DNA from: Utricularia gibba
Taxonomy: Eukaryota; Plantae; Magnoliophyta
NCBI GenBank assembly: GCA_002189035.1
Contig: CM007989.1
Span: 186,001-250,000, forward strand
Direction: 5' to 3'
DNA: 64,000 nt
Below, piece after piece: positions 13,292-24,792 of this stretch. The notes under the pieces are model-generated. The model was not told the origin of the DNA. It saw nothing but the letters and a program-made list of their open reading frames with translations, and made no database searches. The number at the start of each line of letters is the position of its first letter. Position 1 is the first letter of the stretch. The translations under genes and the position numbers were made by a program.

Positions 13292-16200
13292 ATGTTGAGG
13301 GACTTAAAATTCTTGCGTCGCAACTCCAGCAGGACTGGTAATGTTGAGGAAGCTGAGAATATGCCCCCAAAATCCGGGAATTTTGTTCTCAATCAGACAA
13401 GTGCAGAGCCCCAGAGGCCTCCTTTGAATGCAATTCAGGAGCCTTTCCGAACCCCAAAGTGCATTTCAGATCCGGATACGGGTGGCTCTAGACCCATCAA
13501 ACATGGTAAAACTCCGGTTAAGCAAAAACCGGGTGCACAACTTCACCTTCGCACGCCTGAGAAACAAGGGGCATTGTCCAAGGACCGGTATAATTCGGCT
13601 AGGAAGTTTGACTGTAGTGTGCTTGAGACGAAAGATGACGTGAAAACAGCGACGAGTGTGAGCACTCCTGGCTCCTTTAGGGTTTTCCGGAGGTGTAATT
13701 CAAGTAATTCAGATTGCACCTCAACACAAAGCACGCCGACTAAGAGTGTCAAAGAAGCGAGTTCAGGGTGTAACGTAGCTATCGTTTCCAGACCTCCACT
13801 CAGTGTGGGTTCACGGCTACCCAATTATGCTGCAATGACTAGCGGATACTTGGGCCCTGGTAACTTTTTTAATACAGTTGAGGTTCCTTATTTTGAGCTT
13901 AAAGAGGATTCTTCATTCTGGATGGAGCAGAACGTGCAAGTAAGTTATCTACTATATAGATGTTCATGATTAACATGCTATCTAACTGAATTACGGATGA
14001 AATTGTAATCTTTTGCAGGTATTAATCCGCATTCGTCCGCTTAACAGTATGGAGAAAAGCACCGTTGGGTTCAACAGGTGCTTGAAGCAAGAAAGTTCTC
14101 AAAGTGTCACCTGGATTGGACAACCTCAAACAAGATTTCATTTTGATCATGTAGCTTGCGAAGCTATAGATCAGGTCAGTCTCTATTACAACGTTGGTGA
14201 AGAGATTTACGAGGGACTGATATATTGGATTCACAGGAGACACTTTTTAGGATGGTTGGTATGCCTATGGTAGAGAATTGCTTATCTGGATACAACAGCT
14301 GTATGTTTGCGTATGGGCAGGTAAGAATTGCATAACTGTATAGTTCATAATAACTTTCTTATTGTTGTTTCTTTTCATTAAATGGGTATTTGATATATAG
14401 ACTGGAAGTGGAAAAACACACACAATGCTCGGTGAGATCGATGGGATTGAAGTGAAGCCTAGTCTAAATCGTGGAATGATGCCACGTATATTTGAGTTCT
14501 TGTTTGCGAGGATTAAAGCGGTTGGTTTTACTATCATTTCATCAGATTTGTCACTGTGGTCTTGTCACTTCACAGAATGAATCATTCTCTATTATAGGAA
14601 GAGGAAACCCGAAGAGATGAGCGATTGAAATACAATTGCAAGTGCTCTTTTCTTGAGATTTACAACGAACAAATTAGTGATCTTCTCGATCCTTCCTCCA
14701 CAAGTTTATCGGTATTTTTCAATAGTTATTTTTTTTTTTTACCCAATGACATGCAGATGTCATGGTGCCTTAATTTTTTAACCACTCCGATATGCTAGTT
14801 GCGTGAGGATATGACGAAAGGTGTCTATGTTGAAGATCTCTCTGAGTTTGAGGTTCGAAATGTGGGAGACATTCTTCAACTTCTGACTCTGGTGCTTATT
14901 TCTTGTTGAGTTTTTTTTCCTATTTAGTTCTCTTAACATAAATTTGACCAAAATTCAGAGCTTTGCATCTTTTTTATCAGGGATCATCCAATAGGAGAGT
15001 TGCTGCAACTAGTATGAACAAAGAAAGCAGTCGCTCACACAGTGTTTTTACATGTGTTATTGAAAGTAGATGGGAGAAGGACTCCATCGCAAATTATCGT
15101 TTTGCTCGGCTGAATCTGGTAGACCTTGCTGGGTCTGAAAGGTATTTAGTCATGCATTGTCAAAACACAAAAGTTCCTTTTGTTGAAATGGTTTCCGTTG
15201 CTAACAGGCAAAAGTCTTCCGGCGCAGAGGGGGAACGCCTCAAAGAAGCTGCCAGTATTAACAAATCACTGTCAACCCTTGGGTGCTAATTTGCTTTGTG
15301 GAAACTTCTCCTCTCTTTCTCCATGTTTCTTATTTCAATTTAATTTGATATCCACATTTTCATCTGGCAGTCATGTCATTATGGTTTTAGTTGATGTCGC
15401 AAATGGAAAACCAAGGCATGTTCCTTACAGAGATTCAAGATTGACTTTTCTCCTTCAGGTACATGGTAAATTAGGTTTGAATTATTTTTGAAGTGTGCAA
15501 ACAATAAAAGCCGTGTGCTTAAAATATTGTGTACAGGACTCTTTGGGCGGAAACTCTAAAACAGTCATAATAGCTAATGTCAGTCCTTCTGTATGGTTAG
15601 TAAGTTTTTTCGTCAAGGATAGGATTTTGATGTTACTAATGCTTCATTTTAAAAACTAGGTCTAGCTTCTATTGATTCCTTTGTCACTTGTTGCTAAATC
15701 TACAGTTCTGCAGCGGAGACATTGAACACTTTAAAGTTTGCCCAGCGAGCCAAACTTATTCAAAATAATGTGAGCTTTCCATGCAGTTTTAGACAGTTTG
15801 CATCATTGCATAACTGTCATTCTTTGACTTGGTTTCTTGCAGGCCATCATTAATGAGGATTCATCAGGCGATGTGAACTCACTTAAAATTCAGATACAGT
15901 TGTTGAAGGTTGCCATAGTTTAGATTGACGTGTCCCCTAATTTGCATGAAACTAAATCTCATTGTATTGAGACAGGACGAGCTATCTGCCCTGAAACATG
16001 AAAAGCAAGCTCAGCCATTGTCGTATGAAGCTCACATAGAAAACAAGAATGATGATGACTCCAGTGAAAAGGAATCGAAGGGAGTTCTCAGAATCTCTTT
16101 CAAGCAGGTAAGCCGAAGTCTCATGTTTATGTTTTTATTTTTGACCGTGCAATCTCTGTGCTAGATCTCATTCTGGAAAAACCAATGTAACTCCCATAGA

Positions 16201-19200
16201 TTGAGTTTTTTCATTGTATTGGGAAATTTTCCTTAAATCTCCATGTGATGCATCATTTTTCATGTTTTTTTTTATTTTATTAACCTCTCCTAATCTTTAG
16301 TTTTTGTGGCAGCTGAAATCATTGGAAACTACACTTTCATCTTCTTTACGGAGGGAACAAATGGCAGAAATTTCTGCCAAACAACAGGAGGCTGAAATTG
16401 AGCGCTTGAATAGATTAGTGAAGATTCATGCTCTCCTTTTTGCCAGATATTGCATATGTTAGCGACATAGACTCATGTTATTAACGATGAGCACTGCTTC
16501 GCAGATAAGCCAAAGGGAAGAAGATTCCAGATGTGCAAAAATGATGCTGAAGTTTAGAGAAGATAAAATTCAGAGATTAGAGTTCCTCAATGAAGGTTTA
16601 CTGTCAGCTGATGATTATTTAATGAGAGAAAATTGTGCACTGTCGGAAGAAATTCAACTTCTGCGATCAAGAATTGACAAAAATCCTGAAGTGACACATT
16701 TTGCCCTTGAAACTATGAAGCTTCTAGAGAAAGTTCAACAGTAGGATATGCATCACACTTATCATTGATTAGATATTGTATTGCAGCAATAAGTGTTATC
16801 CTTGAAAATTTCAGGATTCCAGAATTCTGTGATGAAGGGAAGAGAGAGATGCTAATGACTGAGATATCTAAGCTACGAAATCAGGTATTTTTTTCACGAA
16901 AGTGATGCGACGTGTTTTTCTTCATTTGCCACTTGAGGTCTTACCAAGGCGTTGCTTGCAGGTTATTTTCTTTCTTGGAAGAAATTCAAGGAATCAAAAT
17001 TACTCTAAGGTGACATTTTATGTTGTTTCTGTTGAAGACATGGCATAATTAGGACTGAAACCTGAATCGTTCTTTTCCATTTGTATACAGGTTTGTGAGT
17101 TTGGTGAGGATGAAAATGACTCTCCCCATATGGAGGTGAAAGCTCCCTCATTAAACCCAGGCTATTGTGTTTAAAATTAAAGATATTGACGTTTTTTATG
17201 CTATGCAGTTGAAAAAAACCCTGTCTGAGTTGGAGGAGACCCATATTAAACTAAACTGCTGTCAGGAAGAAACTGCCATATTACAAAGGTTGAGCTTCTT
17301 ATTTCCCTTTATTCGTCTCTTGTTTGGCTTGTTCATTCCGTGTTGTATTCCTATATTCACATTCCTTCTGCAGAAAAATAGAAGAAATGTGTGAGTCGTC
17401 TAAGAGAAGAACACCTATAAGACAAGAACATGCTTGCAATACTGACTTCATAAAGGTACGGGATTCTACTTATTGCCGTTGTACCTAGATGGCATTATTT
17501 TTTTAGTATTGATGATTGTTGCTTATGTTATATTTCTGTAAACTGTGAATAGCAGGATTCCATCATTGATGTTACCCGATTAGATAATACAGCAACATCA
17601 AGCTTTGCAAAAGGTAGGGATGGACCAATACATGGGAATCTTTCAGACAGTGGAGAGGATATCATGAACCTACAGTTGGAGTTGGATATTTTGAAGATAA
17701 TTTTGCAAGAAGAGAGGTCTGCTCGTTCTTCATTGGAGGAAACACTAAAATCCATCAGCCAAGAGCTTCAGATGTCCAATAAAAAGGTCCATTCTTCTAT
17801 GGAAGAATGCTCAGAAGTTCAGGAGGAGCTCAAAAATATGAAGTTAGTCGTCAAAGCTCTTGAGGGTCAACAAATAGAACACATAAATGAGATAGAGAAT
17901 CTTAAGAACTCTAACAAACATTATCAGCGTCTTTTAAAAGAAAAAGAGATTGAGATTCACAGCTTAATGGATCAGGTTTTGGATGATGAGATGCGAAATT
18001 TATCTACTAGGAGGTCTTCAGAGAGAGAGAATTCTGTTATAGAAACAAAATTGAAGAAAATGCATGAATCTCTTGAAAAAGAAAAAAAACTGAATGTTTA
18101 TTTTCAGAATGGCATGCTTCATGAGTATGATGTAGAAATGGAGGAAGCCCAAAAGCAGGTTGAGGCAGAAACTTCTAGGGTGATTGTTTCCTTGCGGGAA
18201 GAGCTTTCTAACCTTCAGAAGGAAATAGAAAATAGCAAAGTAAGAGAGACGGAGAGTAGAGAAAATTTGGAGCTACTGAAAAATGACAGCGAAATCTTGA
18301 AGGGCCATTTATATTCAAGAAATCAAGAGAATGATAACTTAGCTAGCATGCTGGAAGAAAAAGAGAAGCAGTTAAGTGAGTTAATGGAAGAGTGTAGTTT
18401 ATTTGTCAGTGAGGTTGAAAGCAATTTGTACACTGGTAATGAGGCTCTCCAGGAAGTGCATGAGCAGGTTGATGCTATTTGTGGCTCATTCCCTCATAAT
18501 GAAAAATTTTTTATTCAAAAATTTGGAAGGATTAAATCTAGTATCCTTGAAAAGGAATTACTGATTGAAGAACTTGGTAAGTGTTTAAAGGAGGCTGTGG
18601 AAAGGAGAGATGATATGGATTTCATGTTCAGGTCTTTGAGGGGGGCTGTTATGGCAATTATCGAGGCCCATCAACAAGAGTGCAGTCAAAAGGACAAAGA
18701 GATTCTCCTTTTGACAACTGAATTAAATAATAAGACATCCACCATATTAGACTTTTTGAATTCCAAGAATAGTGGTGAATATCATCTTGAAATGATGTCA
18801 TCATCATGTGCCAAAGCTGATAATGAAGAAATTGTGGTGCAAACTCAGGAAACAATTAAGGAGCTAGCCTCCGGTCTTTTTTTTCTAATGTCCTGTATAG
18901 GTCAGTTTCTGATGGAGCATTGTGGGGATCCTGGGGAAGATAAAGTGGAAAAATGTAAAACCAGTTTAGAGGATGATCTAAGCCAGGCACGGGCACATGC
19001 TGAAGAGAGCATGTTGTTGAGGAATGGATTTAATGTTGTTGAGACAAGAAGGGTAGACAATCTTGGACATTTAAACATGCAATGTTTCAAGGGTTCTGGC
19101 TTGGCTAAGAATATTTATGAAGTGAGTTCCAAAATACTCAACTCCTTTTCGGCAGTAGATGATATGTTTGCGAAGGTTCATAATGAAATAGATACGGCTG

Positions 19201-20790
19201 CAGTATTTATGGAACAGCTTGAATATTTGGAGAATCTAGCCAGGCAGTTCGATTCCAAACTTCTTTCTCTGGAGACCAACGCATCAAGGAAAGATGATGT
19301 TCTCAAAGGGCTTCTATTTGATCTTTGTTTGCTGCAGGAGTCTGCATCTAACTTCAAAGATCAGAAAGATGAAATGGAAAAACTGCAGACATCTTTAATT
19401 GCAATGGAAGAAGGTTTTGAATCGAAGTCACTTGAACTGGACCAAGCTGTTGCTCGAGCTCAAATGCTTGAAAATCAACTGCAAGAAAAGAAAGCAGAAA
19501 TATCTGGTCTTGAATTGCATCGTGCAAATCCTTGTGAGATGAAAAGTTCCCTGACCTTTAGAAACACTGGGCTCTTGGCCAGTGTAAATGAAGCTTTAGA
19601 TGGGAAAGATTTTGCTTATAAGGAATTAATGAAGGCAAGAGTGAAGATTGAGAAATTAGAGATGGCGGTTTCTGACATGGAAACTTTAATCGCCCAGATG
19701 AGTAGATCAATTGTATCACTGCAGAATGAATTGGATACCATTATTGGTCAAAGAAATGAGTTGGATGGAAAACTTTGCGCTCTAACCAGAGAACCTGAGT
19801 TAGCTAGAGCAATTGCTGTGGATAAAGAAGCAATAACACTTGAAGCTCAAGAGGTATTAGGAATTCTTTTTGAATGTTTTTAGGTGGATTGCAATAAGTG
19901 TTTGAACATGCAAGTCGGGAGTACCCAAGTGCTTCAGTCTATAATGTACCTTGACCCCTTTGTACTCTTTTCAAGCAGATAGAGGTGTTTCAGAAATCGC
20001 ATGCTGAAGAAAAGGAAACGGAAGCAAAACTCTTAGAAATATCCATTGAAGAATTGGAAAGCAATATAAATGTACTTGAACGGAAGGTACAGTTTCAGAG
20101 AGGCCTGTGTAGAATATTAATCTGTATTTTCATATCATTGCACTCTATATTTAATTGGAAAAATTTTAAGGTTGGCATCATCAAGGAAGAAGCCGAGCAG
20201 CAAAGGTTGCAGAGAGAGGAACTTGAGCTGGAGCTTCTTGGAATCAAAAAACAAATGCGAAATGCTGAGAGCAATGATCTTGACAAAAAGAGGTTTGTGT
20301 GATGCTCTTTCATGACTACTGTTTAATAACCATGTCTTCTAAATGCTGAGATTATGGTGATTTAGATGTCTAGATGAAAAAGAGAAGACCTTACAACATG
20401 CACTCCAACGATTACAACTTCTTGAAAAAGAAATAATTGCGAGGGATATTGAGGTACCACTATCTCTTTAAATAACATCTTCGGCTATGCTTTTTCTTAT
20501 CCTAGTTCTATTTAACAGATATCCAAGTGCAAAAGCCATATATCTGAGCTAAATTTACATGCAGAGGCACAGGCCAATGAATATAGGCAAAAGGTGGGAC
20601 TTCTTCGTAGTAACATCCTAAATATCATGTTTTTATGAAAAAGAAGGCAGTCCTGCAGAAAATAACAGGGAATGGGTATTGTCACTTACCTATATCGACA
20701 CAGTTCAAGGCATTGAAAATTATGGTGGAAGAACTCAAGTCTGAAGATCGGTCACCACAGATTGCTCAACTTCATCATCAAACAAATTAG
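13292..20790 (+). CDS. POK2: Kinesin-12D / POK2-like phragmoplast-orienting kinesin; about 26 exons, roughly 1750 aa to the first in-frame stop
   Basis: N-terminus [12 protein letters not shown]...[16 protein letters not shown]. Motor motifs across spliced exons: AYGQ|[28 protein letters not shown]. Long coiled-coil exon ~17560-19853. Tail motif [18 protein letters not shown]|FKAL. All traced introns up to 20703 are GT-AG and in frame; TAG at 20788-20790. Confidence 0.9.
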
Positions 20791-21829
20791 AATAAGTGCT
20801 TGAAAACCCGGGGTCCCCTTTCAAATATATTGGATTGGACTTAGTTCAACAACCGAAATCTGCGAAGGATGAAGAGCTGTCTGTAGGAATACAGAAAATA
20901 CAAGAACTTGAGACATTGACAGCAAGCAGACAAAAAGAGGTAACTACCTTTTCTAACAACAGAAACCGGCAGCTTCGTGGGAAGTGATTAATCAACCTAT
21001 CTCTCCAGATATTCAAGGTGCGGCTAGCTTCAACAGAAAGCATGACTCATGTTGTGATTCGGGATTTTCTAGGAGTAAAATTAAATATAAAAATTCATGG
21101 AAGCCTGGATCAGCCTTTTTTTTTTTTTTTTTTTTTTGTAAATGATAACGCTTCTCTTCATAACATCTCATTTTTGTTGTTTCTAGGAATTAATAAAAAA
21201 TCAGCAGCTTAATCCAGTAGAGGAAGTAGGGCGACAAAAGGTTGAACCTAATATAAACGTTAAGCCTTTTCGCCGGAGTTCATGCAAAAGAAGAACGGGT
21301 AATTACCTCATTTGATGATTTTCATTGTTTATCTTAGGGGATTGAGATAACCCCGTCATACTGGTTCTAAAAGATGGCTGGAGGAGATTGAGAGAAAATG
21401 ATGCCTGCACATGTTTCGCTGGAGAAACTGAGGCAAGAGCGGTTGGTTTCAACTGAGAATGATATTTTGCAGGTTGAGACGACTGCTTTATTCTATTCAG
21501 AGGTGCACAAGACACTTGTTTCAATTAAGTTATGCTGTTTTTTATAAGATGGAGAATGCCAACAGTTAAGGTGAGAATCTGTCAAATCCACAATCATGCT
21601 GGTGTTCAAATGCAGAACCCTCTTGGCCTAATATGAGTTGTCTCCTTCGCAGGAGGAAAACAATCTTTTGAGATTCCAGAATGGCGAACTTGGCATTAAG
21701 CTGCAACCCACTGAGGCTATCCTTTCGCGACCTCCGTCTGGTTTTCTACGTAGCCAAGAAAATCCCTCAGCATGCGAAGCTTTTCGGGAGTACCTTGGGG
21801 GCGCGCGACTTCTTGGAGAAGATAGTTGA
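20791..21829 (+). pseudogene. Decayed 3' exons of the POK2-like gene
   Basis: Recognisable but disrupted remnants: SNKLE*VLENPGSPFKYIGLDLVQQ; IFKVRLASTESMTHVVIRDFLGVK with no GT donor, followed by T22; RWLEEIERK* (TGA 21399-21401) then frameshifted HVSLEKLRQ...TENDILQ; EENNLLRFQNGEL...ILSR, after which similarity ends. Confidence 0.65.
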
Positions 21830-22328
21830 GTGAGTGGAGGTGTTATCCGCCATTACGCCACAAAATTGAAACCCGATGAAGACTAGAGATCGCGATTGGA
21901 ATCAACAGCTTTGAAACCCCTCGAAGACCGTTGAGATTCTTGATGTGCTACTTACTCCACTGGGTTTCTTTGGCATGCGGAAATTCGGTTACTCCATAAA
22001 GCCCCTCCGTTTTTGAGCGGGAAGAAAGACATCCCGTAACCGCTACGCCAAAAAATAAATAACTAAATAATATTGGGTTAGTTGGGCTACACTTTAATTT
22101 GGAAATTGGAAGCTCCTCTCTACACTCGTCAACAAACATGAATCATTTGCATTTCTTTTTTGGAGTCTGAAGCAGCACCCGTAAGAGCTACTGTGTTGGG
22201 ATTTTTGTATATATTATAATCTTCCATTTTTGTATTATTATTTGCTAACGAGTGATTCACCAGCACTTTTTTTTTTTTTTTCTGGCAGCCGGATTTAAAC
22301 AAGTATGAGGACAGACGTGTCCAAGTCC

Positions 22329-22405
22329 GGCACTTGAATGATATGTGGCTTCTGTAGCCCTCACCGCAACCCCACGAAAGGGCACTTGAATGATACGTGG
22401 CTTCT
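22329..22405 (+). repeat. 25-bp direct repeat pair (1 mismatch) with a 27-bp spacer
   Basis: GGCACTTGAATGATATGTGGCTTCT (22329-22353) and GGCACTTGAATGATACGTGGCTTCT (22381-22405). Confidence 0.9.
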
Positions 22406-22874
22406 TCGAGAACGCAGTCGTCGTGAGATTTGAACAGGCAATTCGCGCAGGAATCCGTCATAAAGAAACCTACAGATCACGACTCGAATCAGCAACTTGA
22501 GGCTCCCTTCCCCCTCCCCCAACGTCGATGCAGATGAAGAATTCTTGGAAAGATCGCCCCTTTCTCATAAACCTAAAAACCTAAGGGGGGAAAAGTGTAA
22601 TTTTCTGGAGACCAAAAAATGAAATACGATAATTAGAGAAATGGCAAAGGTCAACATCTGCTAATCAATGCGTACGGAAGCGTTTATTACCTTAATTAGG
22701 ACTAGGAGGGTATTCCGTGGTTGGCGGGTTGGCATCGGCATATTAACCACTAATGACTAAGATTAGGACTGGACCACCGACACCACACACCTCCCTGGAG
22801 CACTTTCCTATATATACTCCAAAAACCAAACCAAGCCATTCCATTCCAATCGTCCTTTCTTTTCAGTCTCCGCG

Positions 22875-23786
22875 ATGGCCGCAGATCCCAAAACCGTTAT
22901 CCTCGATTTCCCGCCGTTTTGCCGCCTCTACGACGACGGCACCATCGATCGTCTGGTTCCCCACGTACCCCACCCCACCTCCGAGGACCCGGATTCCGCC
23001 GTCCACTCTAAGGATGTTGTCGTCGATCCCCAAACGGGGGTGTACGTTCGACTTTTCGCGCCGCGCCAGCGTAACCCATCGGAGAAATTACCGCTCGTGG
23101 TGTACATCCACGGCGGAGCCTTCTGCGTGGGCTCAGCTTCCAGCAGTGTATTTCACGATTTTATGGTGAATCTGGTCGAAAAGGGGAACGTAATCGCAGC
23201 GTCGGTCGATTACAGATTGGCTCCGGAGAGCCCGTTACCGGTCGCCTACGACGATTCATGGGCTGCGTTTCAGTGGATAGCGGCCCACGCTAACGGTGGA
23301 GGTCCGGATCCGTGGCTCAACGATTTCGCCGATTTCCGGCGAGTGTTTCTCGGCGGGGAGAGCGCGGGGGGTAATATTGCAAACGACGTCGCAGTGAGAG
23401 CTGGGGTTAATCCATTCCCAGGGTTCCAAATCTCAGGAGTGTTCCTAGTGCATCCTTTCTTCGGCGGCAAGGAAGAGGACAGAGTGTACAAGGTTTTTTG
23501 CCCAGCGAGCACCGCCCGTGACGACGATCCACGGCTGAACCCGGCGGTGGATCCGAGAATCAAGCAGATGGCGGGGCAGCGCGTGGTGTTCTTCGTGGCG
23601 GAAAAGGATTTTCTTAGAGACAGAGCTATGAATTACTACGAAGGGCTGAAGAAGAGCGCGTGGGAGGGGCAAGTGGAGCTCTTTGAGACCGAAGGCGAGG
23701 GCCATTGCTTCCATCTCTTCAACACAACGGCGGAGAAGGCCGTCGCCATTACTGACCGTTTGATCGCTCTCTTCAGGAGTCCCTAG
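22875..23786 (+). CDS. Intronless carboxylesterase (CXE / HSL-like alpha/beta-hydrolase, 2-hydroxyisoflavanone dehydratase-like), 303 aa
   Basis: HGGAF oxyanion motif, DYRLAPE, nucleophile GESAGG, catalytic Asp (AEKD) and His (GEGHCFH). Confidence 0.95.
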   Translation: MAADPKTVILDFPPFCRLYDDGTIDRLVPHVPHPTSEDPDSAVHSKDVVVDPQTGVYVRLFAPRQRNPSEKLPLVVYIHGGAFCVGSASSSVFHDFMVNLVEKGNVIAASVDYRLAPESPLPVAYDDSWAAFQWIAAHANGGGPDPWLNDFADFRRVFLGGESAGGNIANDVAVRAGVNPFPGFQISGVFLVHPFFGGKEEDRVYKVFCPASTARDDDPRLNPAVDPRIKQMAGQRVVFFVAEKDFLRDRAMNYYEGLKKSAWEGQVELFETEGEGHCFHLFNTTAEKAVAITDRLIALFRSP

Positions 23787-24198
23787 CTGACAGTAGCGCA
23801 GCCAGACAATTCTTTATTTACTTTTCTTCGGCGTACCAGGACGACGTCGTATGAGAAGAAGCATTTTGAGTAGTTGGTGAGTTCCTTGTTTGTTTCGAGA
23901 TCAAGCCATGGGACTTGCTTCTGGAAGTTCTGCCGGTTTACGATGCAATAACCCCGGTTCAACTTTCTTTATTTTTACCGGTTGCTAATCAATTCATGAT
24001 TTCTAAAGATAAGAAGGTGCCACCATAGAAGCTTCAAAATGATGTATTAGGCATTTACTAAAGTGAGTTTATTTGAATTTTTAAAAATTCTAATATTTAA
24101 TTATTTTATATTACAATTCAAAATTTAAATTATGTGATTAATTTTCAAAATTATTGAATTTATTTAATTTCTGTTTAGTGATTAAATATAGAATTAAT

Positions 24199-24201
<3 letters not shown>

Positions 24202-24233
<32 letters not shown>
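24202..24233. repeat. (AT)n microsatellite in a very AT-rich tract (~24040-24430)
   Basis: Direct observation. Confidence 0.9.
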
Positions 24234-24237
<4 letters not shown>

Positions 24238-24792
24238 CACTTTTTATCTATTTAAAATATACATTTATATGATTTAAATTATATGATGCTTTAATATATT
24301 AAATTATATATTTTATTAAATTTTATAATATTTCAAAAAAATAGTTTTACAATCAAAGACATGATTATATCCACATAATTTTGAAATTTATTCTATTGTG
24401 TATAATATGAACCACAAATTGACTTAAACTGATGGAAAGATATTGTTACAAATGGATCAAGTAGGAGGCCCAGCCCCGCACCTAATGGGCCCCGCCAACT
24501 CCCTTCAACTTGTAAATTGCATGTTTTAATTAAAATTAATCAATTTAGAAATACGTTCTTCTTCTTCTTCTTCTTCTTTTTTTTTTTGGGTTTCCTTTTC
24601 GTTGTCCACAGTGCCAGATTTGCAGTGCATTTTCCTTCTGTTCCTCTCGTACCGCGTCAACAAAAAAAATTTTATTCACTTGGGGCGTTTCTGTGTCATT
24701 CTGGTTGTTTGATTGAACTGGATGGGATTTATCCATTCGTCGGTAATTCTGGTGTTCGGTGGTAGCCCTTAGGGATTCTTTTTGGGATTAGG

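Noticed and set aside
22329-22405. CRISPR-like repeat-spacer-repeat geometry (25 bp / 27 bp / 25 bp)
   Set aside because: Only two repeats, no third copy at the 52-bp period, no cas genes, and plant nuclear context.
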